From a virus: a stretch of DNA of 64,000 bases. The notes beneath the pieces were generated by a model that saw only the letters and a list, made by a program, of their open reading frames with translations, did not search any database and had not been told where the DNA came from. The stretch covers positions 1 through 64,000 of IMG/VR virus record IMGVR_UViG_3300025728_000008. One strand, given 5' to 3'. The position numbers and the translations under genes were made by a program. Every line of letters starts with the position of its first letter. Within the stretch, counting starts at the first letter, position 1. Below, piece after piece: positions 1-11,731 of the stretch.

Positions 1-530
1 ATCGCATTTATGCACAGCTCCTTTATTGTTTCTCTACGATAACTTTATATCCATTATCTGTAACTGACAATTGTGAGAAAGAATATTTCAACAATTTATA
101 ACCTATTCCTTCAAAGGCTTTACCGTTTATATCCATTATTTTATGTATGTCTTCATTGTTGCGACCTGCTAGAGTCCATGTATCATGAATTTTACTACCT
201 TCATCAGACTCACTATAAGTTAGATTAACTATATATAAATTCAACATATCATCCCTCCTATAGTCCTTGTTTTCCTACTTTTTCACATGAAGTCCAAGTC
301 ATTTGATGACAAGTATGACCTAGTAATTTGTTTGCTCTTTGTAAAGATTTCTCAAATTCCTTTGCATCCTCTTTGCTTCCAAAGAATTGTGCAGTTTCTT
401 TTATTTGATTACTAAACTCTCCATAACGTTTATACCATCGCACTACCCATGTATCCATTCCTGTTTCTAAAGTCTTATGTCCCTTTTTGAAAATATTTAT
501 GTTAAACATAACAACACTCCTTTTGTTTTG

Positions 531-779
531 TTATTTAAAATAATCTTGCCTATTAAACTTTACTTTCCGATGTTCTGGGTCAATCAATTCTGGTTTGATA
601 TTCTTATTTAGCCATCTTTCTGCTTCATCCTCTGTAGAGAATTTCAACACATCACCATCTTCATCTGTGAAAAATTTATCTTCATCATAATCATATTCAT
701 CAAACCATTGCATACATACAACTGTAAGCATTCCATTTAATCTTGAAGACTGGTATATTTTATAATATATATCGTTCAT
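531..779 (-). CDS. hypothetical phage protein (paralog of 26238..26492)
   Basis: SD GGAGG and sigmaA promoter upstream; shares DEDxxxxKFxxEDEAxxWLxxNIK with 26238..26492. Confidence 0.7.
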   Translation of the reverse strand: MNDIYYKIYQSSRLNGMLTVVCMQWFDEYDYDEDKFFTDEDGDVLKFSTEDEAERWLNKNIKPELIDPEHRKVKFNRQDYFK

Positions 780-797
780 ATTGTCCTCCTTAATAAT

Positions 798-826
798 AGT
801 ATACCATTATCTTTTAGTTCTGTCAA
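798..826 (-). promoter_or_regulatory. sigmaA-type promoter (TTGACA-17-TATACT, extended -10)
   Basis: plus strand agtata 798-803 and tgtcaa 821-826, 17 bp spacer. Confidence 0.75.
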
Positions 827-1226
827 CAATTATTTAATTGGTTTTAATTCAGTAACTCTGTCTATATTAACTACTAATTCAACTTCTGCCCCATTGTCTC
901 CTACTGTTTGGCGAAACTCATATAGGATATTAGCTCCCAAACTGACAAATGAAACTTTTGTTACAGGTACATCATTCAACATTTTCCAATTCAACTTCAA
1001 TTCTTTAACTCTAGCATTATTATCCTTAAAAACAGCTATGAAATCCAACATATTATCAATCCCCTTTTATTTTAATAAAAATCTCTACTACTCATACCAA
1101 ATGTTTTTAGACCACAAGATTGATTGCAAAATCCATATCTCATAGCATATCTATCTCTTGCATCCATTTGCTTGCCACAACCCGTACAAACTTCATATAC
1201 CTTAGTAAATCTCCAACGTTGTTTCT

Positions 1227-1433
1227 TCATTGTACTACCTCGTAGCTTTCATCTAATACCCATTCCTCTTCTAATTCATACCAGACATCTCCATTATCTC
1301 TATTTACTTCAATGAAATATGTATATTGCCCTTCAAAATCGGCTTTTGGAGATACATACATTATTGTAAAACTAAAACTATCTCCACGAGTGTCTGTGAG
1401 TTTTTGACCAACTTCATATTTAGGTTGTTTCAT
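1227..1433 (-). CDS. small hypothetical protein
   Basis: ORF with GGAGAGG SD directly after a palindromic site. Confidence 0.65.
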   Translation of the reverse strand: MKQPKYEVGQKLTDTRGDSFSFTIMYVSPKADFEGQYTYFIEVNRDNGDVWYELEEEWVLDESYEVVQ

Positions 1434-1448
1434 AGTATCCTCTCCTTG

Positions 1449-2116
1449 TTAAAATTATCCTTTTATTAACTTCTTGGTTCTGCCACACCTTCCATACCTT
1501 TAGGGAATCTGTAATGTGAAACTTTATCTGGCATTATGTAAGTAGTATAGTCTATATGTGCATTTTCCTGCACGATAAAAACATCATCTCTACACATCAT
1601 ATCTAATATTTCTCCAACATTTTTTGCCCAACACTTCAATACTGTCCCATTCACTAATACAATTTCATAAATCATATAAAATCCTCCTTTATAAAATGTA
1701 GTTTTTATTCACTAAATTCTTTTACAAATACATCATAAAATTCTTTACTAACTTCTTGTTTGCTTGTGCTACCCCAATCATCTAATGCTAAATAATATTT
1801 CCCATCAGACTCATAAACATGTACAGTTCCATAATAATTAGACACTAATGTATAAACACTCATATTATCAATCTCCCTCTTCTTCTTCAATAAATTCAAA
1901 TGAATCATCGTCAAGGTCTATAATCACATTACCAGATTCAGAAGCTACTTCTACAATTCTATCTGCTCTCCAAACCTCTATAACCTCATAATATTCATCT
2001 TTAATCCAACGAAATGTATCATCTTCAAATATATCCTGCAATGCTTTTACATGTGTATAGACTGCATATTCATCACGTAACTCCATTGTATCACCCTTTA
2101 TAAAATGTAGTTTTAT
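1449..2116. repeat. array of 3 ATAAAA-N5/6-TTTTAT sites (1449-1466, 1691-1708, 2100-2116)
   Basis: TTAAAA-TTATCC-TTTTAT, ATAAAA-TGTAGT-TTTTAT, ATAAAA-TGTAG-TTTTAT; each overlaps a stop codon and precedes an SD. Confidence 0.8.
1466..1675 (-). CDS. small hypothetical protein (cassette-like, flanked by sites)
   Basis: SD AAGGAGG; stop overlaps site 1449-1466. Confidence 0.7.
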   Translation of the reverse strand: MIYEIVLVNGTVLKCWAKNVGEILDMMCRDDVFIVQENAHIDYTTYIMPDKVSHYRFPKGMEGVAEPRS

Positions 2117-2351
2117 CCCCTTGCTAACTGTTCAATAAACTCCTGTATGCTAACCCCTTCTGATTCATCAAACCAATCCCCCACCACAATTCTCAAATCT
2201 AGAGAGCATTCTACACTCCAGTTCGCTCCCTCTCCCCAATATAAACTTAGAATTTCATTGATTAGTTTATCTTTATCAACTATTACATCTCTATATGGTA
2301 CATATTTGACTCCATCAATATAAACTTCTTTTGCCATATTATCGACCTCCA

Positions 2352-2753
2352 TTATTTACCATTGCTTGTTTGTAAGTCAATATCTGGCACAATTGCTTCT
2401 GGTCTGAATAACACTTTGTAATGGTATGCACTCTCATATTTTGCATCAGTTTGCTCAATAAAGTAAGTCACATTATCACTCAAACCAAGATAATGCTTCT
2501 TATATTGTCCTTCACCAACTTTGCAAGTTACAGAAATCTTCTTGCTGTCACCTGCATCAAGCGCACATAACCCCTCAATTGACAGTAAATACTTATCAGT
2601 AATACCATTAACGAATACTACTCTACGTTGTACTTCAAATGAATCTGCTGATTTAGATAAATTTTCTGAAACTGTATCCGCTTCTGTTCCACAACCTACT
2701 AATCCTACAATTGCCATAAGAGATAATAAACCTGCCATTAGTTTCTTTTTCAT
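2352..2753 (-). CDS. phage lipoprotein
   Basis: signal peptide with lipobox LVGC. Confidence 0.75.
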   Translation of the reverse strand: MKKKLMAGLLSLMAIVGLVGCGTEADTVSENLSKSADSFEVQRRVVFVNGITDKYLLSIEGLCALDAGDSKKISVTCKVGEGQYKKHYLGLSDNVTYFIEQTDAKYESAYHYKVLFRPEAIVPDIDLQTSNGK

Positions 2754-3393
2754 ATTATCATTCTCCTTTATGTTTTATTTTAGTTGTAATCTGGAATATA
2801 CTTGCCACTAAACATTGACATATGAAACTCACATACATATTTATGATTTTTATTATCATAGATTAAATTAGGATTACCTTCTGCTGTAATTTCAAAATCA
2901 TACTTCTCAGATAGTTCTGTTAATTCTTTGAGAAAAGCTTCTACTTTCTCTTTTTTATCCATAAATTACATTCCTCCTTGAAGCATGAAAAACTCTGTTA
3001 CAGATAATTCAGAAAGTTTCACACGACTTAATGGTACTTCTGTTATACGTCTAATTCTTGAAAACCTATCTTTCATTTCATATTCTGTCTTTTCAGCTAA
3101 AGATTTTTCTATATCTTCATCATCTTTAGCTAATACAATCACACGATTCCCACTGCTTCCACCTATATCATAAAATACTTCAAATGCTTTCATATTATCG
3201 ACTCCATTTCAATTTAAGTTTATCAAACCATAAACAAAATACTCTTTTACATCCATTACCATTATCATAGTATTTGTGAATGCAGATGATAGGCTTGCAA
3301 TGTAAATCCCATTGGTCTTTACGATGAATCTTATAATCTCCTATTTGCATCGGATTCCTCCTTTAAATAAGTTAGGGGATAAACCCCTAACTA

Positions 3394-4278
3394 TTATGTT
3401 CTATTTCGTAATGTCCAATTTGCATCTACAAGGAAGTTATTTAAATTATCATTGATAACATTGTTCTTGCCAAATGTCACATTATTTATTGAAGTATTAT
3501 AATTTTCTTTATTGATAATAAATTCCTTTACATCCCCTGCTTTAAATACTAACTCTTGTGTATCCCAATTAATTGAATTTAATGCATCAGTAATTGTCAT
3601 AGGCTCACTCCCAACGATTTCTTCTACTACTTCTCTGATAACCCATTTACCTTCATTGAATAAATGCGGTTTCAATTCTACTATTTGATTTGTATCAGCA
3701 TACTTTAATCCTTCAATATCGAAATAAATTTTTCTTCCTGTTAATAACTGTAAACAATACTTAGATGGTTGATTTTGACTCGATATAATCCAAGAAAGAA
3801 TACCAGAAAAATCAAATATTACATCCTCTGGTAGTGCTCCATCAGTATGTACAGGAGACTTGAAGTTTATATTATTACCCATAACATAATGTTTAACAAA
3901 CCATGCCTTGCTTTCAAATATGTCTTTGAATGTTAAGTTTTTGAAGTTTATAAGTTTTGTTCCAGTAATTCCTGTAGAAACAGTTACACTATAACTTGAC
4001 CCTCCAAAATCACCTTTAGCAGAATAAGCGTTTGAATCATTTACAGCTAAATTATATGCTTCTAAAAGTGTGTTCTGATTTTGTTTTACATCCCATAAAT
4101 ATTGCAATGTTTCATTTTTTAATTGGATTGATGTACCATCAGTATGATAAAGAAAATCATTTTGATATCCAATATCTTTCATTGTGACACTATCATTCGT
4201 AAAAAATTCCAATCCATTCTCATATTCGTTATATTGTGCTCGATTCAACAATGTTAAAAAATTCATTTTATCTGCCAT
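3394..4278 (-). CDS. hypothetical protein
   Basis: 294 aa ORF with SD AAAGGTGG, followed by GC hairpin at about 3373-3389. Confidence 0.75.
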   Translation of the reverse strand: MADKMNFLTLLNRAQYNEYENGLEFFTNDSVTMKDIGYQNDFLYHTDGTSIQLKNETLQYLWDVKQNQNTLLEAYNLAVNDSNAYSAKGDFGGSSYSVTVSTGITGTKLINFKNLTFKDIFESKAWFVKHYVMGNNINFKSPVHTDGALPEDVIFDFSGILSWIISSQNQPSKYCLQLLTGRKIYFDIEGLKYADTNQIVELKPHLFNEGKWVIREVVEEIVGSEPMTITDALNSINWDTQELVFKAGDVKEFIINKENYNTSINNVTFGKNNVINDNLNNFLVDANWTLRNRT

Positions 4279-4280
4279 AA

Positions 4281-4577
4281 TTAAATTCCACCTTTGTTTT
4301 TATTTATTAACTCAATCAATACATCACCATGACAAGCTCTTGGTTTGCAGAAGCAACATAATGTCTTTCCTTCTAATTCATCCAGACTGTCAAGTAAATG
4401 TTGTTGTGTCATAATCCATTCACGATATTTCTCAATTGCTTCTTCTCTTGTATCTACTTTAAATCGTGCTTTTGTATTACTCATGTGAGAGAATGGGTTG
4501 CCCCACTTAGACCCTCTTCCTATGTAGATGTCATACGGAAGTTTGTGATACTTATTTACAACAGTTGTTTCATTCAT
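4281..4577 (-). CDS. DUF4326-family protein
   Basis: YIGRGSKWGNPF and LCCFCKPRACHGDVL motifs. Confidence 0.75.
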   Translation of the reverse strand: MNETTVVNKYHKLPYDIYIGRGSKWGNPFSHMSNTKARFKVDTREEAIEKYREWIMTQQHLLDSLDELEGKTLCCFCKPRACHGDVLIELINKNKGGI

Positions 4578-5133
4578 CTAAGTCCTCCTTTGGAAACTTC
4601 AAATCTCTCAAGGAATGAGTTATTCTGAAATATCTTCCATACTGTTCCAGTCCAATGTAACCTTTTTTCTCTAGTGATAACAGTATTCTATGTACATTTA
4701 GTTCTGTAAGTTTTAAATCTCGTGATGCAAAATTCAGATACAACTCAGTTCTACCATAAAATGAAGAGTTCATTATGATGTAATTGTAGACCTTGTATTC
4801 CTTCTTACTTATTATATCATTATTTTTGTATTCTGTCCAGTGTTCTTCCAAAGAAAATGTAAAATTTTCATTTCTATTTTCCATAACATTATATTTAGGA
4901 TTATAATAGTTAATAAAATATAACTCATAAATCTTCATTTCTGCTTCCACATCAAATGTCATATACTCAATAGTCTCACACTCATCATAACACCTCTTAG
5001 AGAGATGACCATGTGCTGTAAAGTGTTCTTGTGTCAGTCTTCTCTCAAGGTTGTTAGTCCTGCCGATGTAAATTGTATTATCATCTTTATCTAAAAATCT
5101 ATATACATAAAATTTATTCTGCACTTTCCTCAC
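4570..5133 (-). CDS. GIY-YIG endonuclease
   Basis: FYVYRF...IYIGRTNNLERRLxxEH and E..FI..YNPKYN motifs. Confidence 0.8.
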   Translation of the reverse strand: MRKVQNKFYVYRFLDKDDNTIYIGRTNNLERRLTQEHFTAHGHLSKRCYDECETIEYMTFDVEAEMKIYELYFINYYNPKYNVMENRNENFTFSLEEHWTEYKNNDIISKKEYKVYNYIIMNSSFYGRTELYLNFASRDLKLTELNVHRILLSLEKKGYIGLEQYGRYFRITHSLRDLKFPKEDLDE

Positions 5134-5437
5134 GTTCCTCCAAGATATGCCTTGCTAAAATCAATTCAAGAATAATACTAGTAAACTTATTTCTCGTATC
5201 TTGTGTCAAAGGCATGTTGTTATTTGTTCTAATATGTGCAAGCATCATCTGTAATTCTGTTGTTGGTATCTTCTCCATATTTCCCCTCCTATTTATCAAC
5301 CCAAACAAGTTTGATATCCATATCTTCACCTGCACGGGCTTTCTCATTAATTACTGTGAATATAGCTAATGAGATATAGTCGCTATGTCCTTCTGTTATA
5401 AATACATCATTCACATACAATTGAAACATATAGATTC

Positions 5438-5788
5438 CTACTTTCTATTTGAAACCAATGTAACGCTAATAACATCTTCTCCATCAGTCACTACATCAAA
5501 TGTTGTTTCTTTTTCTTTACCTACCATTTTAGCAGTCTTTAAAATTTTATCTATATCATCATACAAATATCCATCTATATCAAATTCAGTAGCCTTCCCA
5601 TCTTTCTCAAAGAATACTTTGTTGACGGTAATTTTCCCACTTTGATATGAATCAAGTTTAGAAACTTTTGCATCTGTAATTGTAACGTTCTCATTCACAC
5701 TTTGATGACTACTATCAGTTGATTCACATCCCTGTAATAATGCCATTGTCAAAGCAAATGTCAAAGTAAATACTCCAAATTTTTTCAT
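5438..5788 (-). CDS. lipoprotein
   Basis: signal peptide with lipobox LQGC. Confidence 0.65.
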   Translation of the reverse strand: MKKFGVFTLTFALTMALLQGCESTDSSHQSVNENVTITDAKVSKLDSYQSGKITVNKVFFEKDGKATEFDIDGYLYDDIDKILKTAKMVGKEKETTFDVVTDGEDVISVTLVSNRK

Positions 5789-5792
5789 TGAA

Positions 5793-6260
5793 TCACCCCT
5801 TATACTTATATAATGTTAAGATGTCTTCATGACCTTTAAACACTAATTCAATCAGTTTTAAAACTTCATTCCAGTCAGCTCCACCTCTATCACTTCCTAG
5901 TTTTACAGGAAGGGCAACTGTAAGACCATGTTGAAGTGCAAATGCTTTCAAATTCTTTAAAGAGTTTTCTAATGCATTCATAAGTGTATATTGACCAATC
6001 TTCCCATATGTATATTGACCAAATAAGTTAGCAATGTACTTACCATTTGATTCAACAACTAATGACTTACCTAAAAGGAAGCGTACAGACTTTTCTTTCT
6101 CTGCTTCTGTTACTAATTCTTTATATACTTCATAAGCCTTAGGATGCTGTTGTTTAATCTGTAGAGCCAGACCCGACCCCATAACTCCCATACAATTTAC
6201 TTGATGTCCAATAATTTCCTCTTTTGCTTTTAAAATGTCTCCATTAATAATTTTAATCAT
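5793..6260 (-). CDS. macrodomain protein (ADP-ribose binding/hydrolase)
   Basis: GDIL...IGHQVNCMGVMGSGLALQI and IANLFGQ motifs; C-terminal LGSDRGGADW. Confidence 0.85.
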   Translation of the reverse strand: MIKIINGDILKAKEEIIGHQVNCMGVMGSGLALQIKQQHPKAYEVYKELVTEAEKEKSVRFLLGKSLVVESNGKYIANLFGQYTYGKIGQYTLMNALENSLKNLKAFALQHGLTVALPVKLGSDRGGADWNEVLKLIELVFKGHEDILTLYKYKG

Positions 6261-6893
6261 ATTATCAACCTCTCTTAATCATGATTTGTGGTGGTTCTGG
6301 TTTCTTATGTGTTGTTGGTTTTCTTTCTCCTGTTAAGCTAAATCTTGAAATATGGTCAACATGATAATATGTATCTCCTAATTTAATAAATTTACCTGTT
6401 CTAAGTAGTTGTTGTAGTTCGTCTTCGGTGATATTGATTGGTTTATATTCTCCATCAATTCTAAGATTGATTATCATTTACTCACCTTCTTTTTCTTTAA
6501 GTTTATCCATCTCCCTAAAATCACAATATTGTTCAAAGGCATTTAGTAGCATATCCTTTGCTTCATCATTCGTAACCCAACCAGTTTTATGAGCTTCTAG
6601 TATTTGCCCCATCTTTCTTCTAAGCAAAACTTCTCTCCATTTTTCGGGTGTAAGTTTACTCATGATATCTTTCAGACTCATATTAACCCCTCCTATCGTT
6701 TTCTTGTTCCAACTCCACGTATAGGCTCACTTGGTTTAGTTCGAGTTAAATAATTGACCTGTCGTACTATTTCATTAATTTTCTGCATCATTTCTGCTTG
6801 ATTAGGTAGTCGAGTAACTTGTGTACCATCTTCTCTATTTTCTACGATAATACGTTCTAATTCTTTAATAATAGCCATTAAATTCCTCCTTTG

Positions 6894-6949
6894 ATAAAAT
6901 CAACATTTTATCCTGTATTTTGGGTTCAATATTTACCGTCTATAGACGG
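6894..6949. repeat. composite site: ATAAAA-N6-TTTTAT + 24 bp + CCGTCTATAGACGG
   Basis: core at 6894-6911, perfect 14 bp palindrome at 6936-6949. Confidence 0.8.
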
Positions 6950-7397
6950 GATTTAAATTTTGCCTTTTTTCGATTTTCCCACTTTTCATAACTTTCTTGG
7001 TCTACAACATGCCAAAGGTCAAAAACATTCTTTATTATCGCTATCAGCATCATAAAAACAATCAAAGTACCTGCTGTGTATAATCCAAAGTCTATTAAGC
7101 TCATTTGACATCCCCTCCCTGTAAACCTATTATATCATTATTTTTAGTGACTGTCAACAAAAAAATAGCAGGTAAGAAAATTTTTATCCTACCTGCTGTA
7201 AAACCTTAAACAACATTACTGTACTTAATATATCGGCAGGTGAAGTTGCTTTTAAAATCTCTTTCACTTCAAACTTTCCATCTGACATATCAATCTTGTC
7301 AATCTTGTTCCAATATGCTATTATCCATTGTTCATCTGTCTTTAACTTCTTTCCAAACTTATTATGTAAGGCTGTGACATTCTGCATCAACTCTTGA

Positions 7398-9134
7398 CTA
7401 TTCTTCTTCTTCATGCTTATAGAAATCTTCCAACATTATTTGTGGTGTACAAATTTTTTCTTTCAATTTGAAATTGTAAAATTCATTCATAGACAACACT
7501 CCTACAGCATCAATTGTATCCCATTCATTTAGAATTGCACCATATCTACTATTTACTCTAAATTTAATTAGTTCCATTTCATCATATGTTGCAAATTTCA
7601 TTGTTTCAAAAGTTTTTCCGATACACTTTTTACTTTCAATTGTGATTCCATTTACTCTCACAATAATTTTGTCAAATCCATTGCCTGTCAACTTGTTGAA
7701 TTTTTCAATTGTACGAATATTTTCAATCGCTTCTTCTGGTGTCAATTCAAGGTCATACTCAATTGTTTGTTCATCACTATCAAGGTCTGGCAAGAATCGT
7801 TTAATGTACTCATTTAAGTTTTCTAGGTGTTCCGATGGCATTACAATACCACCTGCTTCTGGATGACCTAAAACCTCAATTTCACCAATCTCATTGAAAT
7901 CAGCTAAGAAGTCTTTTAATGGAAATCCTCCATAGCTACGGAAACTTCCACTGATTGTACCTTTGTGATTACGACCTACAATTACAGGACGTTTAAATGT
8001 ATCAGACATTTGTTGTGCTACAACACCATTAAATCCTTTTGATGTTTTGTCATCTAATACAACTAGAATTTTCTCTTTTAAATTTACTTTCTTAGAATAA
8101 GATTCTACTAAGTCCTTCTGAATGGCTCTACGTCTTTCATTCAACTTCTGCATCTTTAAACGTAGTGGTTTACATTTATTGTCATCATCTTCTAATAGTA
8201 AATCAATTGCTAGTCTTAATTCATCCATACGTGCTGTACCATTTAATAGTGGTGCGATTCCGAAACCAATTGCATTACAATCTAAATTCCAGTTGTCAAT
8301 CTTTGCACCTTTTAAAATACGTGTAAGTCCCATTGTCTTCACATTTCGCAATCCTTGCAAAATTAAATATCTATTTTCTGGGACATTGACTTTCATAATA
8401 TCTGCATACATTCCTACAGCAACTAAATCAATATAATCAAATGGGTCTACTTGGTCAAGTGTATCTTCCATTACTTGCATAACTTTAAATACTACTCCTG
8501 CACCAGATAACGCTTTATTCGGATATTTACATCCTTCTTGTTGAGGATTGACCATTAACACATGTGGATTAGGACGTTCAATTTGATGGTGGTCTAAGAT
8601 GATAATTTCTTTGCCTAATTCTTCTGCAATATACTTACATGCAATAGCATCATTTGAAGATGAATCAACTAAGATTAATAAATCACATGCCTTGATTTTT
8701 TCTAAGTTTTCTAGATTCAATGCTAATCGTTTAGTCTTAGATTCATCCTGTTCATCTTCTGGTAATTCTGATTGGTCTAAGCCTTTTATCTTAATCATAC
8801 TTGCAATACCATGACCATCATTTCTTTCACCATAAATGAAATCTACTTTATCAGTATAATTTCTCAAGTATCGTATCATTGTAGAAGCAGAAGTAAGTCC
8901 ATCTGCATCTGGGTCATATGATACAACAATATTTTGCTCTTTCATAAGAGCTAAGATAATTCTATTACCTGCTTCATCAATGTTCTTCATTAAATACGGG
9001 TCATGAAGCACACTTTCAGAGGGATTGAGAAACTCATCTAAGTCTTCAATCCCTCTAATTTTTGCTATTTGCTCACTGATATCATCACGCTTCCTTACTT
9101 TCACCTTCGCCTTGCGTTGAATCCACTTTACCAT
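7398..9134 (-). CDS. recJ: RecJ-like ssDNA exonuclease (DHH family; SPbeta YorK-like)
   Basis: YDPDADG, ILVDSS, ILDHH, GSFRS and GHPEAGG motifs; position in replication block. Confidence 0.9.
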   Translation of the reverse strand: MVKWIQRKAKVKVRKRDDISEQIAKIRGIEDLDEFLNPSESVLHDPYLMKNIDEAGNRIILALMKEQNIVVSYDPDADGLTSASTMIRYLRNYTDKVDFIYGERNDGHGIASMIKIKGLDQSELPEDEQDESKTKRLALNLENLEKIKACDLLILVDSSSNDAIACKYIAEELGKEIIILDHHQIERPNPHVLMVNPQQEGCKYPNKALSGAGVVFKVMQVMEDTLDQVDPFDYIDLVAVGMYADIMKVNVPENRYLILQGLRNVKTMGLTRILKGAKIDNWNLDCNAIGFGIAPLLNGTARMDELRLAIDLLLEDDDNKCKPLRLKMQKLNERRRAIQKDLVESYSKKVNLKEKILVVLDDKTSKGFNGVVAQQMSDTFKRPVIVGRNHKGTISGSFRSYGGFPLKDFLADFNEIGEIEVLGHPEAGGIVMPSEHLENLNEYIKRFLPDLDSDEQTIEYDLELTPEEAIENIRTIEKFNKLTGNGFDKIIVRVNGITIESKKCIGKTFETMKFATYDEMELIKFRVNSRYGAILNEWDTIDAVGVLSMNEFYNFKLKEKICTPQIMLEDFYKHEEEE

Positions 9135-9552
9135 TCACAATCTCTCCCTTTGAAACCTCATCCTCAAGATGGAAATTTTCTTCTGTGATATTTTTATTAA
9201 TATTTCCCATAGCTTCATATCCTTCTGCCATCTTAATGTGTCGTAAAAGTTTCGTAACACCTTCAACAAAATCAGCAGTAGCTTCTTGTAATAAGATTTT
9301 TTCTAATTCTTGTGCATCGAATACATCACCAACATAATTTGTAACTAAATCTAAATCATCCTTAGTGATTCCTAATTTAAACATTTGTTCCGCTAAAAAC
9401 GTTTGCATTTTATTCATTTCTAATACTGCCATACCTTTATTCATTTTTCTCACGTTATCAAGTATTTGTTGTTTTTTCATGTTCATTTCCCCTTTATATT
9501 ATTATTTTTTGTGTTTATGTTTAACAAGAAAGGCTAAGAAACTCTTAGCCTA

Positions 9553-9795
9553 TTATTTTTTGAATCCACCGAAAAATGTTACTTTACCGCCCATTTTCTT
9601 TGCTTCTAATTGAAGCTCTTTTTCAGCTTTGATTCGAGTTGTTGGAGATACCGTTGTAACCAACACATCCTTTTTAATTGTATTTCCTGCTTTGTCCTTG
9701 CTTGTTAATTCTACTACTGCATAGAAATGATGTCCTTTTACTGCTTTCATTTCAACGTGACGGTTGCCTTTAAGAATGTTTTTGTTAATTTTCAT
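9553..9795 (-). CDS. small basic hypothetical protein
   Basis: SD GGAGG; followed by hairpin aggctaaga-aac-tcttagcct. Confidence 0.65.
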   Translation of the reverse strand: MKINKNILKGNRHVEMKAVKGHHFYAVVELTSKDKAGNTIKKDVLVTTVSPTTRIKAEKELQLEAKKMGGKVTFFGGFKK

Positions 9796-9909
9796 AGTGT
9801 AATTCCTCCAATAAATTATTATTTTTTGTTTTTGTCTTTACTTTATTATATAATAATCATCATAAAAAGTGATGGATTATATCGAAATTAGTCGATTGCC
9901 TACGCCCTT

Positions 9910-10467
9910 TTAAGCTTGAGTCGCTTCTTCTAATGTCACATACTCAACAGAGTTCATATGTGCTAAGAATTGCTGTTCTTGTTCTTTTGCTCTACGTTGT
10001 ACCTTTTGCTCTTGACCTAAGTCTATGTATGGTTGTAACTCTGTGTACGCTCTTAGAGAGTACTGTTGCGTATCTAATCTTGCTTGGCGTGAATCTTGGT
10101 AATCTACTTGACTCTTTAATGAGCCTTTAAATTGATGATACTGTTTAACGAATGCAATCATTCTTCTTCTTTCATCAATTCTTTCTTTGATGATTCTTCG
10201 AGTGCGTTGTGCATCTTGAAGTTTTTTAAATAATCCATAACCCATAGATGCGTTACATTCTACAAATTCTATTGTGTGTTCAAGGTCTACAATCTTTTTG
10301 TCGATGATTGACATCTCTCTATTTAGCTCATCTGTAACATCTTGGTCTAAACTCATTGCAATTTCTTCTAAAGCTTTGAATGCTACAGCTAAATTCTCTT
10401 TATAATCTACTTGGAATGGTCTTTCATTAACTTGAGCTAAAGTTTCGTTAATTTTTGTGTTTGTCAT
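9910..10467 (-). CDS. coiled-coil hypothetical protein
   Basis: 185 aa; own sigmaA promoter at 10526-10554. Confidence 0.7.
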   Translation of the reverse strand: MTNTKINETLAQVNERPFQVDYKENLAVAFKALEEIAMSLDQDVTDELNREMSIIDKKIVDLEHTIEFVECNASMGYGLFKKLQDAQRTRRIIKERIDERRRMIAFVKQYHQFKGSLKSQVDYQDSRQARLDTQQYSLRAYTELQPYIDLGQEQKVQRRAKEQEQQFLAHMNSVEYVTLEEATQA

Positions 10468-10582
10468 AATATCATCCTCTTTTCGATTTTATGTTTGATT
10501 GATTTTCTATCAACCTTGTAATCTTATTATATCATTAATTTTTATGCCTGTCAACGTTATTTATTACATTATTTTAATTTTT

Positions 10583-11665
10583 TTAGGCAATTTCTACTTC
10601 AAAGATATAATCTTCTTCAAGCTGTTTCCAAATCTCGATACCTGCATCTATTGGTGATTGTTTGTCTGCCAATAAATCGTCAGTATCGAACATTGCGTAA
10701 ACATTACGTCCTTCAAACATTCTTGCATTCTTTTCAATATCTTCTTGGGGAAGTCCTTTGTCGTAGCATAAAACAATGTCAATGTCAAGTCCTAATTGTT
10801 TAATCATTTGCACCTGTACCTCTGAAATACCAGATGCTCCAATTGCTACGCTGTTGTAAATTCCATTTTCAAAGAGTTTCATACAACTCTTTTCTCCTTC
10901 AAATATGTATACTCTCTTCTCCATCAAAATATATTGATGAGCGTAATGGAAGTTAAACCATTCTTGACTGTTATTACATCTACATAGATAAAGATATTTG
11001 AAATCTGCATCTTCTTCATCTACCATTAATCGACCTTTAACTCCTACAAGCTGACCAAATCTGTTTCGTAGAGGAATTGTTATACGGTGTGATAAAGCAT
11101 CAACACCTATCCCATACATTACTTGAGTCTCATAACTTATCCCCTCATCAATCCAATCTTGAAATGGTAGAGGTTGACCCCAATAATAATAATCCTCTAA
11201 TGTTTCTTCTGGAATAACTGGATTAGGTTTAAATTCAACCCTTCTTTTACGTTTTCTAATGATGTCTTTGAGACAAGCTGTATAATCTTTTCTCTTTTTT
11301 ACTACACCATTAATATATTCAGTCCATCCAAGAAGTTCACATATAAATCGTTTTGCGTTGTTTAAATCTCCTTGTACTTCATCTTTACGCTTTTCGTGTG
11401 CCAAATATGACACTAAGTTGAAAATATCTCCATTAAAACTTCTGTTACGTATAGAGCAGGAGATATTTTCATCTGCCTTGGCTTGCACTGCTCTAGGATT
11501 GCTAGAGTGATGATGTTCTGGTAATCTTGCACAATACAAGTTACCACGTTGTTCAGTATGTATGTTCTCACACTCTAGAGCTTCCAAGATTGTTTCAATT
11601 TTGTCCTCTCTTAATATCCTTTTCTTGATTTCTTTCAAATCGTTGAAGTTGGACATTATTATCAC
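10583..11665 (-). CDS. DNA primase (TOPRIM; SPbeta YorJ-like)
   Basis: RITIPLRN...GVKGR, IFEGEKS and LCYD motifs; next to the helicase. Confidence 0.85.
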   Translation of the reverse strand: MIIMSNFNDLKEIKKRILREDKIETILEALECENIHTEQRGNLYCARLPEHHHSSNPRAVQAKADENISCSIRNRSFNGDIFNLVSYLAHEKRKDEVQGDLNNAKRFICELLGWTEYINGVVKKRKDYTACLKDIIRKRKRRVEFKPNPVIPEETLEDYYYWGQPLPFQDWIDEGISYETQVMYGIGVDALSHRITIPLRNRFGQLVGVKGRLMVDEEDADFKYLYLCRCNNSQEWFNFHYAHQYILMEKRVYIFEGEKSCMKLFENGIYNSVAIGASGISEVQVQMIKQLGLDIDIVLCYDKGLPQEDIEKNARMFEGRNVYAMFDTDDLLADKQSPIDAGIEIWKQLEEDYIFEVEIA

Positions 11666-11731
11666 CTGCTTAATACCAATTTGCTATATACTTAGTATAT
11701 CATTATTTTTTATTTCCGTCAACAATTATTT

